Positions 9,262-21,866 of a stretch of 64,000 nt of DNA are shown here, one piece after another. A program made the translations under genes and the position numbers. Numbering within the stretch: the stretch's first letter is position 1; every line of letters begins with the position of its first letter. Below the pieces are notes generated by a model that ran no database searches, was not told the DNA's origin, and saw only the letters and a list, made by a program, of their open reading frames with translations. This stretch comes from Tetramitus jugosus. Lineage: Eukaryota; Protista; Heterolobosea. The DNA lies in contig OW569370.1 in assembly GCA_937625935.1 (NCBI GenBank), positions 1-64,000 of the forward strand. The letters are read 5' to 3'.

Positions 9262-10539
9262 CTAACGACATAATCTACAATCATCCATTTTGGTTGCCTC
9301 ACACAAACACGGAGGATCAGTTAGTCTAGGTCTTCTCTTCTGAACAAATCGATGCATGAGAACTTTCTTGCCACCTTGAAAGTGGAGCCCTAGTGCAGGA
9401 ATTAGAGGTAGTGTGTCAAATCTTCTAAAGTATGGAAAATGGTTGACCCAGAACACAACCTTAGTTCTATCCTCATTCATAGCATACTGTTGCTCTGGAT
9501 CTTGATTGAAGTTGTGATCAAACACTCCCAAATCTCTCCTATACTTGACTCCATTCACTGTTTCCTCTCCATACGTGGAATTAAATTGTTCGTCTTCATA
9601 TCGCATTACCGGCGCAAGATATGTTTCACTTCTTGCCAGAGAAACTGGCACATGTGATGTTTGTAGTTGACTCCAAGGAAACGCTGAACCAAAGCGAGAA
9701 TACTCCTGACAGTCCTGTTTCGACCCGACAACCCAGCATTGCTCATCATAGTCAAATGTTTCATTTCGCAGATGTAACCTGTCGTTTATCGCTTTGTATG
9801 AGTAGTATCTGAGAAACCACATGTCGTTGTACACTTGATTATCTCCAACTAATCTCAGTTTTGTCATCCCCACCCTGATAAACTGGTCAATCTCTTTGAG
9901 GGCTCTCTGGCTCATGATCGAACAATGGGCCGAGATCCTGGGTGGAAGGAACGACAAGTACAAATCAGTGTGAGTGGGATGTGCTTGGACATACTCAGTC
10001 ATGTTCGTAAACAATAGAAAATCATGATCTAAGGCTGCAATGAACTCAATGTGGTAATCTTCCATAAATCTCAACAACACAAGCCATCTCTGGAAACATA
10101 TGAATTCGAACTTCCATTTGGATTCTTTTGCCATATCTGGCTTCTGGGAAAAGTAAACATGTTTGAATTCTTCAGTATCACTCCTATTTAGATATGGAGC
10201 CAAGTCGACCACCTTAACATTTGTCCAAGGGAAACTTGCCCTATTCTCCTCGACAAAAGCTGCCAACAAGTCACAACCAAGAAGGATGATTCGATCATTG
10301 TACAGGGCTGCTTGAGTGACAGAAGTGAGTAAAACTGAATCGATGCCTTTGATGCATGGGTAAGCAAGGCTCTCAACATAGAAAACAATGGGTATATTGC
10401 CAAAGGAAGACGAAAGAGTGGGAAGCCCAACCAAGTCCGCTATTTTGTCGTCTTTCTGGAAGAACGCAATACCGAGCATCACCAGGAACACAACTCCCAT
10501 TACCAGAATAACAAGTTTAACAAGTACATGTTTCTTCAT
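9262..10539 (-). CDS. Type II membrane protein, probable GT-A-like glycosyltransferase
   Basis: N-terminal TM, FICFQRWLVL, DHD (DxD) motif in ALDHDFLLF, NDM, C-terminal LHFQG. Single exon. Confidence 0.65.
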   Translation of the reverse strand: MKKHVLVKLVILVMGVVFLVMLGIAFFQKDDKIADLVGLPTLSSSFGNIPIVFYVESLAYPCIKGIDSVLLTSVTQAALYNDRIILLGCDLLAAFVEENRASFPWTNVKVVDLAPYLNRSDTEEFKHVYFSQKPDMAKESKWKFEFICFQRWLVLLRFMEDYHIEFIAALDHDFLLFTNMTEYVQAHPTHTDLYLSFLPPRISAHCSIMSQRALKEIDQFIRVGMTKLRLVGDNQVYNDMWFLRYYSYKAINDRLHLRNETFDYDEQCWVVGSKQDCQEYSRFGSAFPWSQLQTSHVPVSLARSETYLAPVMRYEDEQFNSTYGEETVNGVKYRRDLGVFDHNFNQDPEQQYAMNEDRTKVVFWVNHFPYFRRFDTLPLIPALGLHFQGGKKVLMHRFVQKRRPRLTDPPCLCEATKMDDCRLCR

Positions 10540-10740
10540 TGTGCCCTACTTCGATCAGCGAAGCTAACTGTCCGCTGCTTCATGTAATCTTCAGGGACTT
10601 ACAACAATGACCCAAAGAAGATGTCTCGGATAGTATGTTTGGAAATGCGTGCCTATTTGGATTGGTCGGTCGATTCTTTCGTCTCTGTCACAATCGATTT
10701 GAGGGTGATTCGCTTTATTCTTTTTACATAGGCTCTCTGT

Positions 10741-13700
10741 TTACATGATGTGTTTCTTCTGTTCTCTTGTGATACGGTCGCCCAAAGAAAGAGCTATTCC
10801 TTGTGTTTTGCTCCTTATACGAACAAAGCCTTCGATTCCCTCTGGTCCCCTCTCGACACTCACACTGGCCAAAGCATCCTCGCCAAAAGCACTTCTAGCA
10901 TAGAGATTAGCACTGAGGAAAACATCACCAAGTGCTGATTCAGAGGTCAAACAATTCATATGTGTCACCTTGCATAGTTCTTGCAAATACTGCTTGAGTG
11001 AATCGTGAACATTGGTCTTAACAGGAATCTTGTTCTCCCACTCAAATTCAAACCACATGGATCGGAATGCAGTCTCATCACAAGTAGCTGGAGAAATGTA
11101 ATCCATAATGTCGATATTAACATCGTTCAAAATAACACATTGGGACTGCTGATGGGCATCATAAACAATATTTCCGAATATAATTCCTGTTTCAGTTGAG
11201 CTCACCTTGATATTGGCTTTAACACGTTGTTGAGCGAACGGACCCATGGTGTAACTCACGGGTCGTTCACACAGTCTCAAATCACCAATAGTAGCCAACT
11301 CAAGTGTCAAGTTAGTCAAGGTATCACCTGTTTGATTGACTAGCAGCACATCCAACAGAACATCGAAATGTTGAATAGTAATCTTTGCTTCAGCGTATAC
11401 AGGATCAGAGAAACCAGTAAGTTGAATCACGCGAGAAAGTTCAGAAGTACCATTCTTTGTTGCTTTGTCAGTAACTGTTTCATCTTCATCAACAAATTCT
11501 GAATCAGGCTCCTTGGCATGTAAAATGGAAAGAGAGAGGACAGAGTCAGCGCTCACTTGAGTTCTCTTCTTCTCCTCCTCAGCAGAGACTTGCTTAACAC
11601 GTCTTGTGCGCTCCTTCAAAATCTCTTCAAATGCATTGGCGGACTCTCTGATCAAAATATCCTCTCCCTTCTTTGTTAAGATAATCTTAACGCATCTCTG
11701 GACGTGCTCAATTGAATCTTGATCCATTTTAGTAGTGTACTTTCGGAGAATGGCAGCCAAACCCAACAAAACATTAGCACTAATCTTTCTAGTATCGGCA
11801 TTAAGTGCTCTCAACTTAGCAATACACTTGACATAGGTCGTTGCGAGAACGCTGGCCAAATAATAATTTCCAAACGCAATGAGTGTGTCAATATTGGATT
11901 TAACCTTTGGCAAAGATTGAACACTATCCACTTGATATGTTCTATAGCTTCCGTCCTTTCCAATCTGAGTTTTCGTTTGAGCAGCCTCAGGGTGAACAAC
12001 ATTGGCTTCTTCAGTTTGGGACTGCTCGCCAAGGAACGTAGCAATTATAGATCGAATCTCGTCTTCTGTCTGTGCGTATTCACCTAGCATCCACACAACG
12101 GCTCTCTTAACACGTGTGTCACTGACAAAGGCCATCTCGATACGCACCTTCTCCAATATATCGCTTCTCAATGAAAGTTTGTGAGATGTACATAAAGCGA
12201 GAGCTTCACGCAATAGGAGTGCTACTTCAAAACCGGAATTATCACGCAACATTGGAACAAAGCTTTGAACAATAGAAATTTGCTTTGGATGATCAGGAAT
12301 CAGCTTGTGAACAGCAAGTACGAGTACTTTGCGGTATTCGACCTCATTTGCTTTTGCGTATTCTACATCAACTTCCTGCGATTTTTGAGCCTCGTTCCTT
12401 AGTACGTCAAGGACAGACAAAACGTTTCTATCGTTTACAAGATCCATAATTAATTGAAGAATCTTTTTCTTAATATCTAAATCAGTGCTTGACTTCAAAA
12501 CCCGTAATAATTCTGCAACAATTGATTCAAGGACAGATGGGAATTTCTCTCTCAATTCATTCAATCTGTCCAACACAATCAGTTTCACATTACTGTCAGA
12601 GTTCTATATAGATGAAAATTAGTGACTGAATTCTACCTCTTTTTCACATAAAAGCTATCATAAAACACAAAAAAACATACTGTTGATAATAGCTTGATGT
12701 AACAACCAGCAGCAATCTTGATAGCAGCTTGGCTGGTAGTCAAAGACACTAATGTTCCAGCACATTGATAAAGTACAGCCGGAGAAGGGGATTCGATCAG
12801 ATTGGTAATCACTCTCAGGTATTTTCCCTTTTCTCTTGGATTATTTCTGGCCATCTTGCGCAACAAGTTCAAAATTGCAAGTTGGAAAGTATCTCCAATA
12901 GTTTGAATATTGTTCATAATTCCTCTCAAATAGCGCACAGCTCTCTCTTGATCGCATGAAAATAGCATCAAGAAAGCGTTTCTCTTACTGCTCATCTCCG
13001 TTTCCTAGAAAACACAAGTGTAATGGTCAATAAACAAAAGTCATAAACAGTCATGCACAATAAAAACCAATAATTATTGTGAATACATACAGAGTTCAAA
13101 AAATTTTCAACCATTTCAGGCGCATCAGGAATCAACGATGGGTGTTCAGTGTAGACAGAAAAGACGGCCAATACAGCATTTCTTCTGACATAAGAGTGGC
13201 GATGTTCCAAATTCTGACAAATTGGATCAACGAGAGGACCCAACAACTCTGCTTCCTTCAACTTACAAACAAAGCGCAATGTTACACCACGAACATACTC
13301 ATTCGGGTGCAGTAAGTCATTTCTCAAATGAGAGCAAACAAGAATGAGTTCTTCTCTCAGTTGACCATTCGCTTGGTATTTGTTAATATTCTCGAGATAA
13401 TAAAGACCCAATTTCTTCAATTTTTTGTCATTGCTTGGCAGAACAAAACGGATCACTGACATGAGCAATCTGTCAATCGGTTCGCCTATTGATAGGATCA
13501 TCACAATTGAAAATGAACGACGTCGATCAAAAAATATTTTTCATGGTGCGTGTGAGTGTTGGTGAGTTTGATACCCGTGACAAAAATTATTTTCTATGTG
13601 ATCAAAAGGATGAGCATTACATACCATTTAAATGCATAGAAATAACACTCTTCAATGCATCAATTTTCTCTTCATCTGATCCATTTGTAATCTTTTCGGT

Positions 13701-13799
13701 TAATTCTTTCAATGTAGGTGATGAAGTCTGACGACTGGGTAGCGAAATGAGTTGGGTACAGTGTTGCTCAATCTCTTGCGTGGCACTAACAGCGCTCAT
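10741..13799 (-). CDS. COPB1: Coatomer subunit beta (beta-COP), 4 exons
   Basis: LRNDLLHPNEYVRGVTLRF, HRHSYVRRNA, QLTGFSDPVYAE, FRSMWFEFEWENK, RIRSKTQGIALSLGD. Introns 13486-13624, 13005-13090 and 12604-12680 restore the frame. Confidence 0.97.
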
Positions 13800-13990
13800 T
13801 GTTCTGTAACTGGGTTCTTGATGTGCTGGGGCGATTTTTGGTGCCAAAAAGCGGACTGAAAACTTTTTGTTTGTGATTGCCAGAATCACAAAAATTTTTC
13901 TTCGACAAGATAAATTTAGAAATTTGTAACAGCAGTTTACAAAGCTGATGTGTCAATGTCGCACTAGAAAAACAAGTGTCCGATTTGTTT

Positions 13991-15667
13991 TTATTGTTCT
14001 GTGTTTGATTGGCAATTGGTCAGCTCTTCTTCGGATGTTACTGACTCTTCTTGGTCGCTTGTATCATCTCTGGACTCTTCATCATCTTCTGACCGTGGTG
14101 AACTTGCTGGAATTTGGTTGAGTCGTTCTTCGAGACAAAGTATTGACATTTGCGATATCCGCTCCTCTTGGACAAATTCATGTTGAAGACACTGTTTTGC
14201 TGTTGCTCTTCTTGCTGGATCAAACTGAAGCATTGGATTGAGGAAACTGGCAAACATTGCTGCATCCTCCTTCTCAAATCGATACTTGTCCATTAAAACA
14301 GATTCGAGGTTCCAGAATTTTAAATCTCGAATGTTAGCCAAGGCACCATGCTTTGTAAAAAACTTGTGACTATTTTTCCCCTTAAATTGTAGGTGCTTAG
14401 GCATCTCACCTAGTAGTTCAATCATTTGTGCTAAGTGATCTTCATCTCTCGAGTATCTGACAGATCCATGGTCCTTGTGCTTCGGATCGAATAAGAAATC
14501 TCCTGTGGCCAACTCAAAGAACACACAGGCCAAACTCCAAATATCAGCAGGTGTTGAATAACCAGCGCCAGTGATCACCTCTGGGCATCGGTACTGTCTC
14601 GTCTGGATATCGGTAGTGAAATGTTTTTTCACCCAGCACGAGTTTCCAAAGTCAGCAATCTTAACTCGATACGGATCATGAGTGAACTCTAGTTCAACAA
14701 TTTTTTCTGAACTACTGACATCTTCTGACTGTGATTCTTTCTCTGATTCATTCGTGGCGTTACTTGATTCTTCTGACTGAGTGCTTTGAGTTTCATTTGT
14801 TGTTTCTTGGTCCTCGCTCTCTTCCAGTTTTTGAGGTTCTTGTTGTTGCATTTTCCGCTTCAATTTTTTCAGTTGCTTCTTATTAAGAGTCGAAACATCT
14901 CTCTCGGCCAATGGTACTCCACACTTGGGAGGTATTTTATATTTTTTCATCGTTTCCAAGACTGACACCGTTGGTCTTTCAAATAAAATGTTCTCTGGTT
15001 TTAAATCAGTGTGTATAATTTTACACTGTTCGTGCATGTATTGAGCTCCCATTAGAATATCTCTGCAAATCACTGGTAACAACTTGTTCTTCAATCCTAG
15101 TCCCTTGTAATCGTATGATCTAATGAGTGCCAACATGTTATCACCAATAACTTGCATCACAAGACAGAAATGCTTTCCATTCGGTCCTAAAAATGTGAAT
15201 TGATCCAGCAATTGAACAATACGATCCTTTCCTTCTCCCTCACCATTTGCTAAATCAGTTAGCAGAGAACATTCATCTCTCGCAGCATCCAAATATTCCA
15301 ATTTACTCTTTGTAATCTTCAGAGCAACAAATTTTTGTAGGTCATGATCAAAAGCGAGCCAAACGGTTGAAAAATAACCCCAACCGAGCTTTGAAACCAC
15401 ATGATAGCGATTATTCTTCAGCGTATCACCAATTTTGACTCTGTGGTAGCCCCCACGACCATACTCTTCCTGTGGTTCCTCTTCCACATCAGAGTAATCA
15501 TTGTTGTCCACTTGGCTTGTTGTGGATGCAGTTGTTGTGCCTTGTTGTCTTGATTTTAATTTTTTGCTGCCAGAGATACCCTGTGCACCTTTCTTTGCTC
15601 TTTCCTTTAGCTTTGAAACAACGAGCGCTCGTTTGTTTTTATCGATTCCATATTGACTGGTGGACAT
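13991..15667 (-). CDS. SRPK: SR protein kinase (SRPK family)
   Basis: YGRGGYHRVKIG, KLGWGYFSTVWL, IIHTDLKPENIL, spacer insert, KIADFGNSCW, IQTRQYRCPEV, DEDHLAQMIELLG. Confidence 0.95.
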   Translation of the reverse strand: MSTSQYGIDKNKRALVVSKLKERAKKGAQGISGSKKLKSRQQGTTTASTTSQVDNNDYSDVEEEPQEEYGRGGYHRVKIGDTLKNNRYHVVSKLGWGYFSTVWLAFDHDLQKFVALKITKSKLEYLDAARDECSLLTDLANGEGEGKDRIVQLLDQFTFLGPNGKHFCLVMQVIGDNMLALIRSYDYKGLGLKNKLLPVICRDILMGAQYMHEQCKIIHTDLKPENILFERPTVSVLETMKKYKIPPKCGVPLAERDVSTLNKKQLKKLKRKMQQQEPQKLEESEDQETTNETQSTQSEESSNATNESEKESQSEDVSSSEKIVELEFTHDPYRVKIADFGNSCWVKKHFTTDIQTRQYRCPEVITGAGYSTPADIWSLACVFFELATGDFLFDPKHKDHGSVRYSRDEDHLAQMIELLGEMPKHLQFKGKNSHKFFTKHGALANIRDLKFWNLESVLMDKYRFEKEDAAMFASFLNPMLQFDPARRATAKQCLQHEFVQEERISQMSILCLEERLNQIPASSPRSEDDEESRDDTSDQEESVTSEEELTNCQSNTEQ

Positions 15668-15821
15668 GCTTTCGCGCGTTTTGATGAGTGTTGGTTTTTT
15701 GCGTTGTTTTCATAATTGTCCGCTCCTTTTTCACTTCCTGTGTTTTCTGGAAGGAGAGAAACAGAAGCACGAAATTATCCTTCATTCGCGAAAAAAGCGA
15801 CATCCAAGGCAGAACTCACTC

Positions 15822-17219
15822 ATGGCTACACCAAGAAGACGAAGAGCACGAACCAACAGTACCTCATCTACCAGTTCTTCCAAGCGCCAAAAGATCAGTG
15901 AATCATCATCAGAGACCACTGATGAGCCGGCTCATTCTCAAGATACTCATACTTCACTCTCGCAACATGGTAATAATATTCCGGTCTATTTCCCTGATTT
16001 ACCATCAGACTCCATCTGCCATATCCTCAGTTTCCTCGAGCCTGTCAAAGTAGCCATTGTTCAGAACAAGTTACAAAGAAGATCCAATGCAAGAAAAAAC
16101 GTTGAGAGGAACAAGTACATTGCTACTTTTCCCAATCAATCAAGGGCCATGACCAACGACTGCCTACATATCAAGTGGTGGTTTGGTAGATTCCGTAATG
16201 GTGCCATCGATTGTCTCTATCGAAACATGGAGTTGGATGCCTCAGAGACATCTCCTGATTCAACTCCAGACATGTTGACTTGCATTTTGAAGCATGTGAG
16301 ATTTTTGCATTTTAGAGCCAAGACTATCGATCAAGCAACAGAGTGCTTGAATTCATGGCAGAAATACCTTACATATCTCAGTGATATCTACCTGCATATC
16401 AAGGAGAATAACCATTGGTGGGCAACTGTATCACAACGGGAGCAGGAAATCATAAAAACATTGCCCAATTTGGATCAAGCACTAAAACTCAAGATCAAAG
16501 ATTTTCGATTGTCGTTCAAGTTGTCAGTTGAAGTGATTGCACAATTGTTGGAACATGTTCCCAATGTGAAGCGTTATCATTTCGCTTATTGTCATGAAGA
16601 CTGTGAACTGTTGTTCAGGAATTATGACTTTGAGTACTTCAGGTTTTTGGGTGGGGATACCTTGGATATGCGCAATTTGGGACATTGTTTGACTTCATCG
16701 AGCTTGAGAACCTTGTGTTTTGATGATATTGTCATGAATCAGTACCAATTAGATCTGTATTTGAAATCAAGAACAACTGTGAACAGAGGTATTCGTCGAT
16801 TGGACTTATTACCTATTATCCCCATTCGGCCACAAACACATTACCATGAACTGCTACATAGATTTTCATCGTTGGAGGTACTTTCGTGTCTCATGCAGTT
16901 TGGCAACCAATTCTTCGAGAAGTTGACCAAAACAAATGTAATCAATTTAATCTTATCTAGCTGTGCGAGCTCTGTCAATGAACTGTCAACTAAACTAGCC
17001 TTTATTGCTAAGATGCCGAGGTTGGAACATCTGGAGGTTAATCTGAAGAATCCTTTGAATGTGATGGAGGAATTTCATCTGTTGAAGGAGTCAACTACGT
17101 TGCGAACAATAACCATTGGAACCTGCAAAACCTACTACAAGAGAGCCAACCAGACAGCCGCTGATCTCAAAGAAGTACTTCCAAATGTTGCTTTCCACAT
17201 TGTACAAATCGTAATTTAA
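15822..17219 (+). CDS. F-box / leucine-rich-repeat-like protein
   Basis: FPDLPSDSICHILSFLE F-box-like motif followed by LRR-like segments. Likely start MATPRRRR at 15822, with a basic NLS-like N-terminus. Confidence 0.7.
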   Translation: MATPRRRRARTNSTSSTSSSKRQKISESSSETTDEPAHSQDTHTSLSQHGNNIPVYFPDLPSDSICHILSFLEPVKVAIVQNKLQRRSNARKNVERNKYIATFPNQSRAMTNDCLHIKWWFGRFRNGAIDCLYRNMELDASETSPDSTPDMLTCILKHVRFLHFRAKTIDQATECLNSWQKYLTYLSDIYLHIKENNHWWATVSQREQEIIKTLPNLDQALKLKIKDFRLSFKLSVEVIAQLLEHVPNVKRYHFAYCHEDCELLFRNYDFEYFRFLGGDTLDMRNLGHCLTSSSLRTLCFDDIVMNQYQLDLYLKSRTTVNRGIRRLDLLPIIPIRPQTHYHELLHRFSSLEVLSCLMQFGNQFFEKLTKTNVINLILSSCASSVNELSTKLAFIAKMPRLEHLEVNLKNPLNVMEEFHLLKESTTLRTITIGTCKTYYKRANQTAADLKEVLPNVAFHIVQIVI

Positions 17220-17242
17220 GTTATTGTAAAATGTATATTATT

Positions 17243-19254
17243 TTACTTTGAAATTGGCTTTGTATTCTTCAACAACCAACGGGATGCGAGCTCATCCTGC
17301 TGGACAAGATCCTTCAATGTTTCGTAGCATTTGTGATTGTAGGTATTGACCCAATCTACTTCGTCCTGTGTCATAGAAGACGTGCTGATAAGTTTTGTTT
17401 GAATAGGACAAACGGTCAAAGGTTCTAGCCCCAGGAATTTCTTTCCACCAAAGTTGTGAGCAGTTTTCTTCTCCACAATCAACTCAATGTTTTCAATGCG
17501 AATACCAAACTCACCACTCTCATAATATCCTGGTTCGTTTGTAATGGTCATGCCTGGTTTCAGAGCAAAGTCATCAGTTGAGCGAGCTCTTGTTCCAATT
17601 CCCTGAGGTCCCTCATGCACACCGAGGAAGTGACCCACACCATGACCTGTTCCATGATTATAATCAAGTCCAAGTTGCCACAGAGGCATGCGCGCAACAA
17701 CATCCAATTTGTAACCGGTAGTTCCCTCTGGGAAAATAATTGTATCAAGGGCAATATGGCCTCTCAATACACGAGTATAACACTCCTTTTGATAGCTTGT
17801 TGGTTCTCCGAAATGAACAGTTCTTGTTACATCTGTTGTGCCGTCCTTGTACTGAGCTCCGGAGTCTAACAGATAGACACCTTCTTTTGTAATTGCGGAA
17901 CAAGTCTCTGGTTGAGGCGAGTAGTGGATGATGGCACCGTTAGGACCAAATCCAGAAATAGTACCAAAGCTCAAACTAACAAAGTGATCCTTCTCCTTTC
18001 TGAACTGCTCCAACTTGTCAGCTGCAGCACACTCCGTAATCACTTGATCGCTATGATTGTTGAGAGCATCTTCGATCCATGCAAAGAATCGAACAAGCGC
18101 TGCACCATCTCTGATGTGTGCATTCTTGAATCCCTGTATCTCGGTCTCATTCTTAATCGACTTGGCCATTTTCACAGGTGAAGTTTTGGCGAATACACGA
18201 TCTTTTGGCAATTGTTCATAAACTCCCATACTGCAAGAATTGGTATCGACCCAAATCTTGTTGTTACTCTTTTGATCCTCCACGTGTGACGTGAAATATT
18301 GGCTCAGGTCACTCATGAATGAGTCATAGGGTTTGACAGAAATCTGTGATTGATCCAAGTGATCAGACAATACGTCAGATTCCAATTTTGCAGGATCAAT
18401 ATAGAGATATGCATGATCCATGGTCAATAAAAGATAGCTCATAAAAAATGGATTGAATTGAATGTCTGATCCTCTCAAATTGGTTAACCATGCAATCTCG
18501 TCCAGAGCAGTCAACACCAAATGAGAACAATTCTCTTTTTCCATGTCCTTTCTGATCAATTCAAACTTTTCACTCATATCCATACCAGAGAATTGCTTTG
18601 GGAGTGCAAAGATACGACCATGAGGTGCACTTGGTCTCTCACTACCCCACACTTCATCCACCAAATTGTTGGCCAATGGAACAAGCTCAATACTACTACT
18701 ACTGTTCTGAACACTTGATTTTTCATGAATCTTCAACTCCTTTGCCAATGATTCATACTCTTGAACAGAATAGAGTTTTGGATCCACTCCAATCTTTGTG
18801 TTCTGAGCTTGAGTATAGTGCTTGCACAACCATGCACTCATTGTTACATCTTGACCAGATTTCATCAATTGCCAATACTCTGGATCCAATTGCTTTTCTG
18901 CTTGCAAGAAATAGCGGCCATCTGTCCACAAATAGGCTCTGTCATCCAGAGTGATGAGAGCAGTGCCTGCCGAACCAGTGAATCCAGAGATGAAAGATCG
19001 TCTCTCATCACAAGCTGCCACATACTCACTCTATAATAATTAATCAATAGATGGTAGAGCGATGATCATACGAGCACACAAACAATAGAATCTCAAGGAG
19101 GATTTCCAAAAAAAATGATCTCTCATTGGAAAGCATCATCAAAACAACTTACTTGATGGGAGTCAGCAGATGGAACAATGTAAGCATTCAGTGCATGTTT
19201 TTGCATAAGCTCTCTGAGCTTGAATAATTTGGAAGCGGTCGATCTGTTGATCAT
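17243..19254 (-). CDS. XPNPEP1: Xaa-Pro aminopeptidase (aminopeptidase P, M24B), 2 exons
   Basis: AYIVPSADSHQ|SEYVAACDERRSFISGFTGSAG, DSGAQYKDGTTDVTRT, HGTGHGVG, NEPGYY, GIRIEN. Intron 19031-19152. Confidence 0.95.
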
Positions 19255-19475
19255 TTTGTTTCTTGTTGGTTTTCTCGGGTTGGAGTTTTTTCGATTGTTC
19301 CAAAACGGTGGATTCTTTCGTAATGACATCGAGAAAGATTACTAAGAATGAGACTAATAGTCACTACGACAAAAGAACCAGTTTATAACGATTTATTGCC
19401 ATCTGTTCTGTGTCGTTGTTATGATTGCTCTTGTTTTGGTCCAAATGGGAAAACTACTTCAACATTGCTGTGGAG

Positions 19476-20723
19476 TTAAATAGCGAATACAAAATATTCT
19501 TTCTTGGGGACAGCTTGAGGTGGCAATAGTTGGTTACTAATCATCATATTGTACAATGCGAAATCGACAAAAAAGTTACGAAGCTTTCTAAAACCAGAGT
19601 GTTCGTTACCTTTGAAAAGAACAGGTTGATGAACCATGGCATGGTCAACTCCACGGAATCGACCTAGATTACTGCGCGCGGACGTAAGTCTAATACTCAG
19701 CTCCTGCAACGATCCCAAAATGCTATCATGTGAGATGTGATTCAAAATGTTTGTCGTGAGCTTCGGGCAGAGGAATATGCTCAATACTCTCAGGTTCTTA
19801 CAATTTTTCATCTGAGTGAAGAAGGAATCTTCCACCATCTCCATGTTGCAAATGTGAAACTCCTCCAATAAAGGACACTTGTTCCATAGTATGTTTGCAA
19901 CTTCATCGTCCAACTGCGTAGATTTTGACTCACGCGACAAATCCAACACTCTTAAATTGGGAGCATTCTGGATAATAGGAATCAACACTCTCGGGATAAA
20001 AAGCCTTGACTCTTGTTGTGACACTCGTGCAAAAGTGTATAATCTAGATACTCTTAAATAGTGTAACTTTGAAAATGGTTGACTGAGCTCAAATGGCTCA
20101 CTTTCATCCGCATCTCTCAATATCAAAAACAAAAAGGTTAAGCGCTCAAGTGACGCAGCACTATCATTCAATAGTCGATTAAACGATGATAACTTCATTT
20201 TTCGATTGCTCGCAATCTGTAAATCAATCATATTGTTCATATCCGTCAACTGACAGTCACTCTCCTCTTGCTCTTCGCGCCAACTGTTCGGAATGAACGA
20301 AATGGAAACGTTTCTGAACTGGCACTGATTCCAAATGTTTTGAATCATCAACTGTTTCATATCTTTCAGTGTGAGATAAATCTTTGCATGAAGCCATGTT
20401 TCCCTACTCAAAATCATATCGTAATGAGACTTGTTCAACAGTGCAATCTTTGAAAAGAGTTCACTCGGTGTGAGAAAGGAACAAATCTGTTGTTGAAATA
20501 CATCTGTTGAGATCAATGACCAATTATCAAAGTTCTGCACTTGTTGCTGCTCCTGTGCAACTACCACCACCTCTAACGTGTCACCATTATCACTAGATGA
20601 TGTGAATGATGAGGATGACGAGGATGAGGATGATGCAAGAGTTGCATATGTGTCTTCCCGAAGCTTCTTTGCACTTGTTGCAGGTAAAAGTTCAGAATCG
20701 TTGTCTCTTGCTCTCTTTGTCAT
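19476..20723 (-). CDS. F-box / LRR protein
   Basis: WSLISTDVFQQQICSFLTPSELF F-box-like segment. LRR repeats PNLRVLDLS, CPLLEEFHI, CKNLRVLSIFLCPKLT. Confidence 0.75.
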   Translation of the reverse strand: MTKRARDNDSELLPATSAKKLREDTYATLASSSSSSSSSFTSSSDNGDTLEVVVVAQEQQQVQNFDNWSLISTDVFQQQICSFLTPSELFSKIALLNKSHYDMILSRETWLHAKIYLTLKDMKQLMIQNIWNQCQFRNVSISFIPNSWREEQEESDCQLTDMNNMIDLQIASNRKMKLSSFNRLLNDSAASLERLTFLFLILRDADESEPFELSQPFSKLHYLRVSRLYTFARVSQQESRLFIPRVLIPIIQNAPNLRVLDLSRESKSTQLDDEVANILWNKCPLLEEFHICNMEMVEDSFFTQMKNCKNLRVLSIFLCPKLTTNILNHISHDSILGSLQELSIRLTSARSNLGRFRGVDHAMVHQPVLFKGNEHSGFRKLRNFFVDFALYNMMISNQLLPPQAVPKKEYFVFAI

Positions 20724-20858
20724 CTGGCGGTGTCACCGAGTTTCTGGTGTTTGTTGGTTTCTCTGGGAACCTTTTTGTTTTGGGACTTCCAGTTTGGTCT
20801 CGAAATGAAATTCCACGACAAAAAAAACATGCAAAGGAACCTCTCGAGATCAACGACA

Positions 20859-21804
20859 ATGAATGTCAATGACAAGCAACAGCAACAAGCACAACCCATA
20901 CCATGTAAGTCACACTTGATCACTCTTTATTGTTGAAAAATCACCAACCAACCAACCACTCACTCAATCTCTCTTTCACTCTACTCATTTTACGACAACA
21001 AAACGAATCCTGATTGCACATTTAGCAAACGATGGAAGTTGGACCATTATCATTCGCTTCTTCATCACCGATTCTTCATCTTCTAATGCTCAAATTTCTC
21101 GTGACGAAATCATGGATCATTTCTCAATGTTCGGATCGATTCAAAACATTACGATTCACTCACCTTCATCGACCTCTCCATCCATTACTTCTCAGTGTGT
21201 ATTTGTGCAGTACGAAGAACGTCAGAGTGCTCAATTGGCAATTGATCAAATGAATGAGCAACCACTGTGGAATCAACAAAAGAATAATATGAGTAGCGGC
21301 AGTGATGGAGGAGGAGACAGCAGACGGATCAAATTAGAGGTCAATTGGGTGTTCATGGATGGACCATTGGAGAATCATTATACTCGATATTGTTCATCGT
21401 CGCGTCACCGGAGAGATCGAAACAGAGAACAGAGTCGCCGTCACGTCTATCTTGATCATCATCAGCAGAATCGTGAACGATCGGCATCATCATCGTACAA
21501 CAGAACACAAGATGACTCACATCGGCGGTCTCACCATCAAAAACGACACCGAAAGAACAATGAAGATGATGTGACGACAACTGCCAACGATAAAAAGAAG
21601 CAGAAGATACATAACGATGATGATCACGAGCTAGAGAAACATGATATGCAGACAGAAACTATAGCAGATACAGCGACGACAACAATAGAGCGAACAAAGG
21701 ATGATCACATGGACAGCAACGTGACGAACGATAGCAGAGACAATAATCATTGCTTAAAACAACAACCAACAGACAGTGACAATATCGAACGATCAAATGA
21801 ATAA
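20859..21804 (+). CDS. RRM-containing protein with Arg/His/Asp-rich tail, 2 exons
   Basis: HFSMFGSIQNI...CVFVQYEERQSAQLAIDQMN...LEVNW RRM. Phase-1 intron 20905-21025 (GTAAGT..TTAG) joins the upstream ATG in frame. Confidence 0.7.
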
Positions 21805-21866
21805 ACGAACCTTAAGAAGTAATACAGGAGAAGAATAATTGTTGTTGGTTCATATTTTTTCACACT

